Source: Mantamonas sphyraenae STR306 (lineage: Eukaryota > Protista > CRuMs). Taken from it: 64,000 bases of DNA. Positions 34,851 through 47,200 of this stretch are shown in pieces; the stretch's first letter is position 1; the number at the start of each line of letters is the position of its first letter. Under the pieces are notes generated by a model. That model was given only the letters and a program-made list of their open reading frames with translations. It had not been told where the DNA came from and searched no databases. The stretch covers positions 362,194 to 426,193 of the forward strand of contig JAPMXV010000055.1 in the NCBI GenBank assembly GCA_026936335.1, written 5' to 3'. Position numbers and translations under genes: made by a program.

Positions 34851-36160
34851 AAGTGCTGGACCTGGAGGGCAACGACTTGGGTCCAGAGGTGTTCGTGGAG
34901 TTGGCCAAAGGTGCGGGAATGGTGCAGGTGCTGCGACTGGCAGACAATTTGGGCGGGGACAAAGGGGCGGCAGCAGTTGCCGCGGCACTTGGATCGTGGC
35001 CGCAATTGCTCGAGCTGGACGTGAGGAACAACAACATCGGCGTGGTGGGGTCACGGGCACTGGGCGAAGCTTTGAAATGCAACGAGACACTGCGTGTCCT
35101 TGAGCTGGGCTGGAATGTGATCGGATGCAGAGGAGCCCTGGAGTTGTCACGAGCTCTGGAGGTGAACACGGGGCTGGAGGAGCTGTCGTTGGACGCAAAC
35201 GAGATTTGTAAAGATGGTGGGGCTGCTGTGGGTGGAATGTTGGCGGTGAACAGGTCGCTGCTGCGGTTGCAGCTCTCGGACAACCAGCTCGGGCGGGCGG
35301 GAGGAGAAGCGGTGGCGAAGGGGCTGTGTGAGAATGACACGTTGCTGGAGTTGTTCTTTGGAACCACTGAACGGGATGAGGGCGCGGCCGAGGCATTCGG
35401 ACATGCGCTTCGGGTCAACGGGCGGTTGCAAGTGCTGGACCTTGCCGGGGTGTGCATGGGCGACGACGGGGCACAGGCCTTGGCTCAGGGCCTTTGCGTG
35501 AACACATCACTGCAGAAATTGATGTTGGGATCTCAGGAGATTGGGCAGCACGCGATGCTGGCGCTAGCGAGCGCTTTGGGAGCTCACAATCGCTCGCTTT
35601 TGGCACTGCACGTGACCAACAGCTCGGATTGGACAGGGACAGAGAGAAACGAAGTGTGGCAGGCATTTGAAGGCAACCGGACGTGCTTGCGTTTTGACTA
35701 CGCTGCTGATTCGAAGATCGCGCGGAATGAGATGAACGCAGGTGCGTTTGTGGACGCCTGCGCAGCTGGAGACTTGCGTGAGGTTCGAGCGCTTCTGGAA
35801 ATGGGGGTGTCTGCCAACGCGTTTTCCGGGGAGCAAACTGGATTGGGAGTGGCCGTGGAGAGTGGACAGGAGAGAATTGTGGCCGAGTTGCGAGCACACG
35901 GCGCAGCGGCAGGGATGAAAACGAGGCAGGTGGTGAGAGGAAAGGGGTGGATGAAGGAGTGGCATTGGATCGGATGGGGTGGGGAGGTGGACGAGGCGAT
36001 GGAGGTGGCGTTGGTGATGAATGGGGAGGAGAGGGAGGCGATGTTTGAAGCAGGTGGGATAGAGGAGTACGTGGAGGGAAGGGGAGGGTGGAAGGGATGG
36101 GTGACACTGCCGGATGAGGTGATGGAGCGGGTGATTGGGTGGATTGGAAGGGGAGGATGA
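34851..36160 (+). pseudogene. 3' part of the interrupted LRR-ankyrin-tail gene
   Basis: 28-aa RNI-like LRRs, ankyrin-like unit, shared C-terminal cassette; lacks its own family-type N-terminus. Confidence 0.8.
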
Positions 36161-36187
36161 GGAGAGGGGTGCGCGGTGTCGGCAACA

Positions 36188-37403
36188 ATGTACGGAGCAG
36201 CGTTTGTGGAGCTCCTTGCGAGTGGGGCGAGTGTGGAGGATGTGAACGAGGCAATGGAGCAAGCGGGAGAGGTACATTGGCAGTAGGGGCGTGTGCTGGG
36301 GTGCTTGACGTGCGGGGGGAGAAGGAGCTGACACGTCGCAGAGGTTGAATCTTTGGCTGTTCTCCTTTGGGGCGAGTGAAGGCGTCATGCTGGGCAGGGC
36401 GTTGGAGATCAATACGACGCTACGTGAACTGCATCTGAATCAGAACAGGATGGGAGATGAAGGGGCAGTGGCCGTGGCCAGAGCGCTGAAAAGCAATACG
36501 ACTCTTTGTGACCTGTACGCATATCGCAACAGGATCAATGCCAGGGGAGGGCTCGAAATTGGCGCCATGCTGGCGGTTAACAACACTCTGAGACTTCTGG
36601 CCCTGTATGGAAACGCACTGACGGACGAAGGGGCACTTTCCGTGGCCGGAGGGCTCGCGGAAAACACCTCGCTCCGCATCCTGAACCTGAACACGAATCG
36701 GATCGGGGACAAGGGAGCTGTGGCATTGGCGAATGCTATGGCGTATCATCCTGCTCTGCAGAGGCTGTTGCTGAACCACAATCAGATCAGTTCATTCGGA
36801 AGTGAGGCGTTTGGCACGGCTCTGGAGACAAACACATGCTTGCAGATGCTTGATCTGCGGTCGAATGCGATTGGAAAGGACGCAATGTTGCTGTTGGCCA
36901 AGAGGATGGAAGCAAACCGGACGTGCTGGGAGTTGCTCGTTGATGACGTGGAGATTGAGGCTGCCGCACGCAACCGCAGCATGGCAGAGCGGTTCGTGGA
37001 AGCAGCCGCGACCGGAGGTGTGGATACGATGGTGGAGCTGAAGGAGTGGGGTGTGAGCGTTGACGCTTCTCCTGGTGGCAAGACAGCGTTGAGGTTGGCA
37101 GTCATGCACAGGGAGGACAGGGTTGTGGAGATGTTGAGGGGATTCCAAGTGTGTGTGGGGAGGGATATGGTGGAGGTGGTGAGGGAAGCAGGGTGGAGAA
37201 GGGCGTGGCATTGGATCGGATGGGGTGGGGAGGTGGACGAGGCGATGGAGGTGGCGTTGGTGATGAATGGGGAGGAGAGGGAGGTGATGTTTGAGTGTGG
37301 AGGGATGGAGGAGTATGTGGAGGGAAGGGGAGGGTGGGAGGGATGGGTGACACTGCCAGATGAGGTGATGGAGCGGGTGACGCAATGGATCGGCCATCTT
37401 TGA
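36188..37403 (+). CDS. RNI-like LRR-ankyrin protein with shared C-terminal cassette; intron 36272-36341
   Basis: Exon MYGAAFVELLASG...AGE joined by a GTACAT..CTGAC..CAG intron to RLNLWL; NTTLRELHLNQNRMGDEGA-type repeats. Confidence 0.85.
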
Positions 37404-37584
37404 TCATCAACACTGCCTTTGCGGAAGGGCAGCCAATCAGATCAGTTGCGCTAGAGTTGCTTCACAGTAGGTGGGTGAGGGGTTGTGCTGGACCGTGAAC
37501 AGGAGTGCATATCTGTTCTAGATTGGGTTTTGGAGGGTTTTGCTGCCGTGAGAAAAACATTGACGCGGCAGGCGCGCAGGACAG

Positions 37585-40500
37585 ATGACAATGATCAAAG
37601 AAGGGAACCTTCTCTTCGCACTGGCCTTGACCTGCGTGGTTGGGATGTGTGCGCATGCGGCGGAGGGAGCCTGGACATGGCAAGAGCCCAACGAGGGGCC
37701 AGGAGGAAAAGCCGCCGGGCTTCGGGATGCCACTTTTGCTTCCGGGTCCTTTTTTGCGACTGGACACGCCTATGGTCCAGTAGACGGGCTTCCGTTTACG
37801 GGAACGGGCACAAACATTATCCTGCTCCGCTGGATGGCGAATGGGACGAGAGCGTGGACGCAACAGTGGGGTGGATCGACAGGTTTGCATCTCGGAGAAG
37901 GAATGGACCTCGACGCCGATGGAAGGTTCGCCTACGTGACGGGCCTCGCTCAGAGCAGTTTGCAAGGACAAACGCACGTTGGACTGGACGACGTATTCCT
38001 GACCAAGGTTGACACAAAGGATGGCAACCTGGTGTGGACGCGACAATGGGGAAGCACGAATCGTGAGCAGGGTGCAAGCGTGGCCGTGAGCCCGGGAGGG
38101 ATCTACGTCACCGGGTACACGTCGGGAAACATGGGCGGCACCCATGCCGGTGGCCAAGACATCTTTTTGAGCAAGTGGGCGAGCAACGGAACATTCCTGT
38201 GGACGAAGCAATGGGGCACCAGCAGCGATGACTACGGGAACGGAGTTGCTGTCGACACGCAAGGGAACGTGTTTGTCACGGGTCTCAGTGGAGGTGCACT
38301 GGACGGACAGACAAACACGGGCAGTGCAGACCTGTTCCTGACCAAGTGGAGTGCAGACGGGGCCAAGGTGTGGACGCGTCTTTGGGGATCGGTGGTACGT
38401 ACGACGTTGCGTACGGCGTGGTTGTGCACGGTGACGACGTGTTTGTGTCTGGCTACGCGTCCGCCTCTGTGGATGGCAACCCACACGCGGGGCAGCAGGA
38501 CATTGTGCTGACGCTGTGGAAGAGCAACGGCAGCAAAGTCTGGACGCAGGAGTGGGGCACCACATCCAACGAGGCGGGCCTTGGACTGACCATGGAGGCT
38601 GGCGACTTGTTCGTGACTGGGTACACCCGCGGTGCGTTGGCTGGCCCAGGGTCGTCCAAGGGACAGAACGACGTGTTCTTGGTGCGAGTTGCAACAAACG
38701 GGAGCATCGTGTGGACCGAACAGTGGGGCACGGGACAGGGAGACATTGGACATGGTGTGGCGAGTGGCATGGGCAGTGTGCTGGTTGCAGCCGAATCGAT
38801 TGCAGCAGAATTCCAGCTGGTGACCACGGCGGGCGGACTGGCCACTCGGGTGTCGACAAACGGCACGACGGAGTGGCAGGTGCGGGTGGCTGCAAGCGGC
38901 CAAAGGTTCAGCGCTGTGGCAGACAGTGCCTATCTGGCGGATGGGAAACTGGCATTGGTGGGCTATTCGCAGGGAGGCATGCCAGGGAGTGGCGAGTCGA
39001 GCACGGAGCCGCAGCAGTTTTTGGCGATGGTGGACCCGGACACACAGCATGTGCTGTGGGTGCGTGCATTGGTCGGAACCAACCTGCGTGGTGCAGGAGT
39101 GGGCATTCGAAGCAATGGCAACGTGCGTACTGTCGCGATGAGCTATTTCCAGCTGGGCACAGAGTCTGGCGTCTCTCCCGTCGTTGTCCAGGAACGTGGC
39201 ACAGACGGGACGCTGGTGAGCACCCAGGACCTGGGAGGCTGGACAGGAGGCCCTGTCGCAGCCACCGATGCGGCTGTGGATGTGATGGGCTGTGTGTACG
39301 TCTCTGGACGCACGTACCAGGCGGTGGACGGCCAGGCAAATGTGGGCAACAAGGATTTGGTGCTGACCAAGTGGAACGCAGATGGCAGCAAGGCGTGGAC
39401 TCGCGTGTGGGGCACGTTCGTTGTTGATGCGACTTCTGCCGTGGCTTGCGATGCCAATGGCACAGCAGTGTACGTGACCGGGTACACGTATGGCACGCTG
39501 GACGGCCAAGCGCATGCGGGCAACGCAGATGTGTACTTGACCAAGTGGGGCGTCGATGGGACAAAACTTTGGACTCGGGTGTGGGGCACATCGAGTGACG
39601 ACTGGGGAATCGACGCAGCGGTGGGGGCCGACGGCAGTGTGTACGTGACGGGCTACACGCAGGGTCCATTGGATGGGAACGCAAACATGGGCAACCACGA
39701 TGTGTTTGTGACCAAATGGACCAGCGATGGCACCAAAGTGTGGACACAGCAGTGGGGATCCAGTGCGGAGGACCGCGGCGAGAGCGTGTCCGTGTTCACC
39801 GATGGCACAGTGTTTGTGAGTGGCTACACGCGTGGCAGCATGGGTGGAACCAACGCAGGCAACAGGGATGTGTTTGCATCCAAGCTGGCGTCCAACGGAA
39901 GCGTGGTGTGGACACAGCAGTGGGGCTCCAACGCGGATGATTTCACGTCCAACGTGGCTGTGAGTGCACGCGGCCGCTTGGCAGTCAGCGGATTCTCATC
40001 TGGGTCGGTGAACAGCAGCGTGGCTGCGCCCGACGTGACGACTGCGTTTGTGTCGACGTGGAACACGCAGTGTGGGCCTGGAAGCCTGTTTGCGTCACAA
40101 CCTAGCGGCGTGGCAGACGCAAGCTGCACTACTTGTGGCGAGGGCACAGCCAACCCGTCGTGGGGTGGTGCTACGTGCAGCCCGTGTGCAGCAGGTACGT
40201 ACAACGCAGGAACGGGTGCCTCTGCATGTGTGCTTTGTGCTGCAGGCAAGGCAAGCAGCGCCATCGGTGCCACCAGTACCAATGTGTGCTCCCTGTGCAC
40301 AGCTGGCTCGTACGCGGGTATGGGCAGCTCTGCTTGCACGCAGTGTGGCGTGGGCACGTATGGCATGATGGCAGGAGGAACCAATGCGAGCGCATGTGTC
40401 CAATGCGACGCTGGCACCTACAGCGTTGTCGTGGGCGCCTCAAACAGCAGTGTGTGCATGACGTGCAGTGCGGGCTCGTACGCGGGTATGGGCAGCTCTG

Positions 40501-42458
40501 CTTGCACGCAGTGTGGCGTGGGCACGTATGGCACGATGGCAGGAGGAACCAATGCGAGCGCATGTGTCCAATGCGACGCTGGCAAGTACAGCGGGGCGAT
40601 GGGTGCATCGAGTGCGGCGACATGCATGTCGTGTGCAGCGGGCAAGTTTGGTTCGATGGCAGGCGGAGCGAACGAGTCGATGGCGTGTTCCGAGTGCGCC
40701 GCAGGGTCGTACTCGACCACGGCCGGGGCAACGTCGTGCACGGCATGTGCAATGGGCACATACAGCACTGTGAGCGGTGCCACAAACGCAAGCGTGTGTA
40801 TGCAGTGCACGGCGGGGAAGTATGGTGGCTCGGCAGGCGCCACAGGAGCAAGTACGTGTGTCGGGTGCCCAGCAGGCACCTACAGCGCTGTCGTGGGCGC
40901 CTCAAACAGCAGTGTGTGCATGACGTGCAGTGCGGGCTCGTACGCGGGTATGGGCAGCTCTGCCTGCACGCAGTGTGGCGTGGGCACGTATGGCACGATG
41001 GCAGGAGGAACCAATGCGAGCGCATGTGTCCAATGCGACGCTGGCAAGTACAGCGGGGCGATGGGTGCATCGAGTGCGGCGACATGCATGTCGTGTGCAG
41101 CGGGCAAGTTTGGTTCGATGGCAGGCGGAGCGAACGAGTCGATGGCGTGTTCCGAGTGCGCCGCAGGGTCGTACTCGACCACGGCCGGGGCAACGTCGTG
41201 CACGGCATGTGCAATGGGCACATACAGCACTGTGAGCGGTGCCACAAACGCAAGCGTGTGTATGCAGTGCACGGCGGGGAAGTATGGTGGCTCGGCAGGC
41301 GCCACAGGAGCAAGTACGTGTGTCGGGTGCCCAGCAGGCACCTACAGCGCTGTCGTGGGCGCCTCAAACAGCAGTGTGTGCATGACGTGCAGTGCGGGCT
41401 CGTACGCGGGTATGGGCAGCTCTGCCTGCACGCAGTGTGGCGTGGGCACGTATGGCACGATGGCAGGAGGAACCAATGCGAGCGCATGTGTCCAATGCGA
41501 CGCTGGCAAGTACAGCGGGGCGATGGGTGCATCGAGTGCGGCGACATGCATGTCGTGTGCAGCGGGCAAGTTTGGTTCGATGGCAGGCGGAGCGAACGAG
41601 TCGATGGCGTGTTCCGAGTGCGCCGCAGGGTCGTACTCGACCACGGCCGGGGCAACGTCGTGCACGGCATGTGCAATGGGCACATACAGCACTGTGAGCG
41701 GTGCCACAAACGCAAGCGTGTGTATGCAGTGCACGGCGGGGAAGTACAGCGGTGCGACTTTATGCACTGTCTGCCCTGCAGGCAAGTATGGAACGGCGAT
41801 GGGCGCAGTGAGCGAGCAAGCCGGGTGCACGATGTGTCCGTCTGGGACGTACAACGCCATGTCGGGTGCAACAGCATGCTCGACCTGCCCGGAGGGCACC
41901 TATCGCTCGAGCACAGGTGGGACCTCGATGTCCGACTGCACACCATGCCCCAAGGGCACATTCAACGCCAACTCAAATTCCACGAGCGCATCCGCATGTG
42001 TGGCTTGCCCAACTGGCAAGGTGTCCAACACCACAGGGGCGACAGTTTGCTGGAATTGCTCTGCTGGTAGTTTCAACAACGTCACAGGTGCTTCCACATG
42101 TGTGGAATGTCAAGCAGGGCGGTACAGTGCAGCTGGTGCTGTCGAATGCAGAGGATGCACGCCGGGCTCGTACGCCTCGCGTGGGTCGACCTCGTGCACT
42201 CTGTGTGCGATCGGCCGCGTTGCGCCCATGCAGAACGCCACTGTCTGCACATCTTGCCCCACAGGTCTGGTGGCACTCTCTGAGGGCATGACCGCATGCA
42301 CATGCAGTGACGAAACAGCACCCAATGCAGAGGGTCAGTGCCCGACAAGCGCAGGCCCAGCCGTTGCCTCCTCTGGCTCCCTGGGTGGCCATTTCATCCT
42401 CTGGCATGCCGTTTCGGTCACGGTGTGTGTGGCGGTGGGCGTGGGATGGGTGATGTAG
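37585..42458 (+). CDS. Cell-surface protein: signal peptide, SBBP-like beta-propeller repeats, Cys-rich CxxCxAGxY repeats, C-terminal hydrophobic anchor; 1-nt gap at ~38390
   Basis: Repeats D(I/V)FLTKW..DG.K.WT..WG and YVTGYT; CTQCGVGTY/CPAGTY repeats; hydrophobic ends. Confidence 0.85.
40413..41745 (+). repeat. Near-perfect 462-bp tandem repeat, ~2.9 copies, coding 154 aa per unit
   Basis: Near-identical antisense ORFs at 40418 and 40880, continuing at 41342. Confidence 0.95.
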
Positions 42459-42537
42459 GCGTAGGCGCAGGTGGGAACACGAACGATGCACCGCACCGCC
42501 CTTTTGCACGCAAAGGAATTGAACAAACCCATCGATT

Positions 42538-44158
42538 ATGTCCAGGGTGCGAGCGATGATGATCAAGGTGAGCACAGTTGACGTTGAATGATGCCCGCAG
42601 CTTCGCCTTGCACCGTCCAGAACGCTGGGTGACGCGTCAACACTAACAATTGGAGGCGGACAGGAACGACTCCGACAACAGCACGCAGATGCCATAGTGG
42701 CAGTTCTCCTGGATGGTTCCGACGATGAGGTCGTTGATGCGCTGGGGAAGGTGCAGGAGGTGAGGAAGAACCTTGAGCGCGTTTGTGTGTGTTTGCCTCC
42801 GGCTTACGCGACAAGTGAGCATGCAGGAAGTCTATGTTCGGGGGCGTCGAATTGGCGTCGAAGCCATAATTCGACTGGCCAAAGGACTGGAAGTGAGGAC
42901 GGGTGTGCGCCGTGTTTTTCTGGGGGACAACATCATTGAAAGTAAGGGCGCCACTGCCATTGCCAGAGCCGTGCAGCTGAACAACCAATTGCAAGTTGTA
43001 CACCTCCACGGCAATCGGATTGGTCCCACAGGCATAGAAGCTCTTGCACGAGCGTTGGAGGAGAACAACAACCTGCACAGCCTCTTTCTGGGGGGAAACG
43101 CGGTCCAGCTGGAAGGGGCAATCGCTGTTGGTCATGCCTTGCGAGTGAACACCAGCCTGCAGGTTCTTGAGCTCGACACGAGTTTGATTCATGCACAAGG
43201 AGCAGTCGCCATCGCTGAGGGACTTGCGTGCAACAACAGCTTGCAGTGGATCTCCCTCGCGCACAACCGCTTCGGACCAACAGGAGCTGCAGCCATCGCC
43301 CAGGCGCTCCAGGTGAACAACAGCATACAGTACGTCAATTTGATGGGATGCGACATGGGAGACGAAGGAGCACAGTCCATCGCGCACGCGTTGGTGGGGA
43401 ACCAAGTTCTGCACACCGTCGTCCTTGCGGACAACAACATCAAGGAACAGGGAGCCCTCATTCTTGGGCAAGCGCTTCACGAGAATCGCAAGTGCTTGCG
43501 CATAGAAGTTGCAAGAGACGCTGATCTGGAGGCCTACGTGTCTCGGAACATGGAGGCAGCAAAGGAGTTTGCGGAAGCTGCGAGGCATGGCCATGTTTGC
43601 ACCATGCAACAACTGGTAGATTGGGGTGTCCACGTCGATGCGTACCCGAATTGGGATTCAACGGCACTGGGTGCAGCTGTAGAGGCAAGGAGGGCCGACG
43701 TGTGCGTTTGGCTCCTGCAGCATGGCGCAAATCCCCGGACGCGATTGGCCAATGGACCGTCTGCCCTGGAACGAGCAAGAGAGGACTGGCCAGGGATTGC
43801 AGAGGTGCTGAATGGCGGAGGCACATGGAGTGAGAAGGTGCACTGGGCGTGGGGACGGGGTGTGGACGAGGCGATGGAGGTGGCGTTGGTGATGAATGCG
43901 GAGGAGAGGGAGGCGATGTTTGCGCGTGGTGGGATGGAAGGGTACGTGGAGGAGACGGGGTGGCAAAGGTGGGTGACGATGCCCGATGAGGTTATGGAGC
44001 GAGTGGTGGGGTGGTTGGGCAGGATGTGCTGGTGGCAGGAGCAGCAGGGTGGGGGCGAGAGTGATGAGAAGGAGAGTGATGAAGAGAGGGAAAGGGAGAG
44101 GGAGAGGGAGAGGGAGAGGGAGAGGGAGAGGGAGAATTGCAAGTGCCTTGTGCAGTGA
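42538..44158 (+). CDS. RNI-like LRR-ankyrin protein with shared C-terminal cassette; probable introns 42568-42663 and 42760-42826
   Basis: Both introns are phase 0 with GTGAG donors; LRRs; TALGAA..LLQHGANP; (GAGAGG)n encodes an ER run near the C-terminus. Confidence 0.82.
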
Positions 44159-44288
44159 TTATTTTTTGGCCAAATGGCGTCAATGCCACGCCTTCCTCCA
44201 CACTGCCTCCAGGGTCGGTCGCCAATGTCCGTGTGATGGTCGGTGGTGGGGAAGATGACGCTGCGTCAACTCATGCTTCCAGCACTTC

Positions 44289-47200
44289 CTAAAAGCGGCG
44301 TCGGCGGCGGCGTCGGCGGCGGAACAGTCTGCCGATCCTCTTGCCGACCTTTTTGGCAAACCTCCGCAAGCTGCGACCGCGGCGTCGACGGCGACGTCGG
44401 AACAGGCTGCCGATCTTCTTGCCAATCTTCTTGATCCCCTTGCCAATCTTCTTGAGACCCTTGCCCAGCCACTTGATCACCTTGCTGTTCTTGAGCCACT
44501 TGGCAAACTTCTGCAGATGGGCGCGGAACTTGAGGTAGTACGGCAGCGCCTTGATGAGAATGTCCACCGTCTTTCGCCACTTCTTGGGCAGCAGCTTGGT
44601 GATGAGCTTCATCACCAGCCTGTCCATGCCGGCCTCCTTCATCAGCGCATACATCTTCTTCGGGCTCTTCCATGTGTCGCGGTTCAGCTTCGGCAGCATG
44701 TTCAGGAACACATGCAGGGCATCGATGCCCGACTTGACCGCCTTGTCGTTCTTGGCCAGCTTCGCCTTGAGCTTGTCCAGAGCACGCATGTCCTCACGGT
44801 CGTCGCCACGCACGTCCTCCATGCCTTTGTCTTTGTCCTCGTCGATCTCCTCAGACCCTGTTCCTCGTTCACATCCACGTCCTTGTTCTCCTCCAGACCC
44901 TGTGCGCGCTCGCGGGCAGCCACGGCCGCCTGGTGCTTGCGACGCTCAATGTCCTTCAGAATGATGGCGTGCAGACGCTTGCCCAGCTGCTCCAGTTTGT
45001 CCTTGTCGTGCTGCGACAGACGCGACTCAAAGTTGTCGTCGTCGTCCACGCCACGGTGGTTGTTCAGGCTGTCTGTCTCCACGGCGTCGTTGCTGTCCTC
45101 TTCCTCGTACTCGTCCTCGTCCTCGTCATCCTCAAGGTCCTCGTCATCCTCGTCCTCCTCGTCCATCAACGCATCGGGGTCCACGTCGTCGATCTTGGCC
45201 AGGGCTTCGTCGTCGCTGTCCATGCTGTTGAGGTTGACCTGGGTGCCCAGCGAGCGCAGTTGAGCACGAGCGTACTCGATGGCGCTGCGCCCGTCCTCGT
45301 CCAGGCTTGCGTGCAGCTCCTCGGTGGCGTCCACAGCCGCGTCAAACACATCGTCGTCCTTCTTCTCCTCCACCTCCTTTGCCTTGCTTGTGGTCAGCTT
45401 GAGCAGCATCTTGCCGTACTTCTTGATCGGGCCGGCAAACTTCTTGTAAAACGCCACAATCTTCTTGGCCTTGTGCACCCACTTGCGGATCTTGGGCGGC
45501 AGCATGTCCAGCAGCAGCTCCGTCAGCTGGCTCTCCACGCCGATGTACTGCACCACACGCAGCAACTCCCTGGGTTCCTTCCACTTGATGCTACGCAGCT
45601 GCGGCAGCACCTTGAACACCTCGATCATCACCTCCACCGCACCCTCAAACTTGGTGCCTGCCACCTTGGCCTTGGCCAGCTCCATCAGCTTCTTGCCCGT
45701 CTCGCTCGTGGCCACCGCCTTGGCCAGGCGGGCACCGTTGCGAGCCAGCGCCTGCTGCTCGAAACGGAATGCCTTTTCGTCTGCGATACGCTTCTTGGCG
45801 TCCGCCTCGATGTCCAGCAGCATTTGCGGCTTGCCTTCGCTGTTGAATCGCTTGTTGCCAGCCTCGTTTGCTTCCACACCCAGTGCCAGCGCCTTCTTCA
45901 GCGTCGCCTTGTCTCGTGACACGCACCACGCCTTCATCTGTGCAAATGCCCGTGCACCCAGCTCCTTCTGTGCGCGCTTCTTGCGCTCGTGCGACGTCGC
46001 CAGACGTTTGGACATCAGCGCCACGCGGTCCAGGCCTGCCATCTCCACGCGTTCGCGCAGCTCCATCGACTTGGCGCGGTTCTCACAGAACCCGTAGGCA
46101 AAGTAGTTGCGCAGGGCCACCAGACGCGCCTTGTTCAGGCTCCAGAACTTCAACGTGGCCTTGTTGACCGTGTTTTTCTTCTTCTTGTACGCCTTGGTCG
46201 CCTTTGCCAGCTTCTCCTCGGTCAGCTTCAGAGGCTCCACCACCTCGGGCGTGTAGCGCTCCTTGAACAAACTCAGCGGGATTTCCACAGAGCCTGCCTC
46301 GACCGTCTTGGCCACCTCCTCCTTGGTGGCTTCGATCTCCTGCAGGTTCTTCTCGATGCCCTCCTGCAGGTCGCTGATCGAGTTGCGCAGCTTCGTGGCT
46401 GCCTTTTCGCGTTTCGAGGCAGAGATGGACTTTAGCGTGCTCACCTGCTCCAGGTTCACCTCGTTCTCCTTCTTCAGCGTGCGCAGCTTCTCCAGCTCCT
46501 CCCGCAGCGGTTTGGTTGCCTCCCTTTCAATCTCCACACGCAGTTCCTCCTGCGCACGCTGCTTCTCGGCAATTGCCAGCTGCATCGGCGTCATGGCAGG
46601 CGTAAACGTCGCACGACGCCTGGTAAACAGCAAGTCTGCGTCGCGGATGTCCTCTTCGGTCGTGTCCTGCACCTCTTCGTCTCCGTCGTCGTCGTCGTCG
46701 TCCACGTCCTCGTCAAAGTGCAGATCCTCGTCGCGCTGCAGCGCATCGGCGTCGCTAAGCTCATCGTCGACGGCGTTGTCCTCAAATACCTCTTGTGGCT
46801 CCTCCACCTCGTTTTCACTCTCGCTGGAGGTTGCGCGTGCAGAGGCCAGCGCAAGTGGAGCGCCGCCGGCGTCGCTGTCGCTGTCCCGCAGGACGGCAAT
46901 CTTCTTCTTGAGCTTGAGCTTGCCCTTGAGCAGGGTCTTTGTCTTGTCAAACAGGGTGTAGTCCTTGTCCAGCAGACTCTTGCCAAACAGCTTGATGGTG
47001 ACCTTGATCTGGCCACGGATGCCCAGCGCCAGATCCCAGTCCATGTAGAACGTGGACGTGGCGCCCACCGACGCAGCTGCCTTCATCACCAGCTTCAGGT
47101 ACGGCTCGATGCTAAACTCGGGGCCCGACACGTCGTAGAGGAGGAAGGCAAGACGCGGCGACAGGTACGCCTCGTAGTCCAGGCTGGCCTTGGCGTCCAC

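Noticed and set aside
28451-34860. Alternative 8-bp TSD GTGCTGGA (28451-28458 and 34853-34860)
   Set aside because: It also rejoins the ORF in frame but leaves a 16-aa LRR unit and does not abut the TIRs. It is better explained as the repeated Val-Leu-Asp/Glu codons of neighbouring LRRs.
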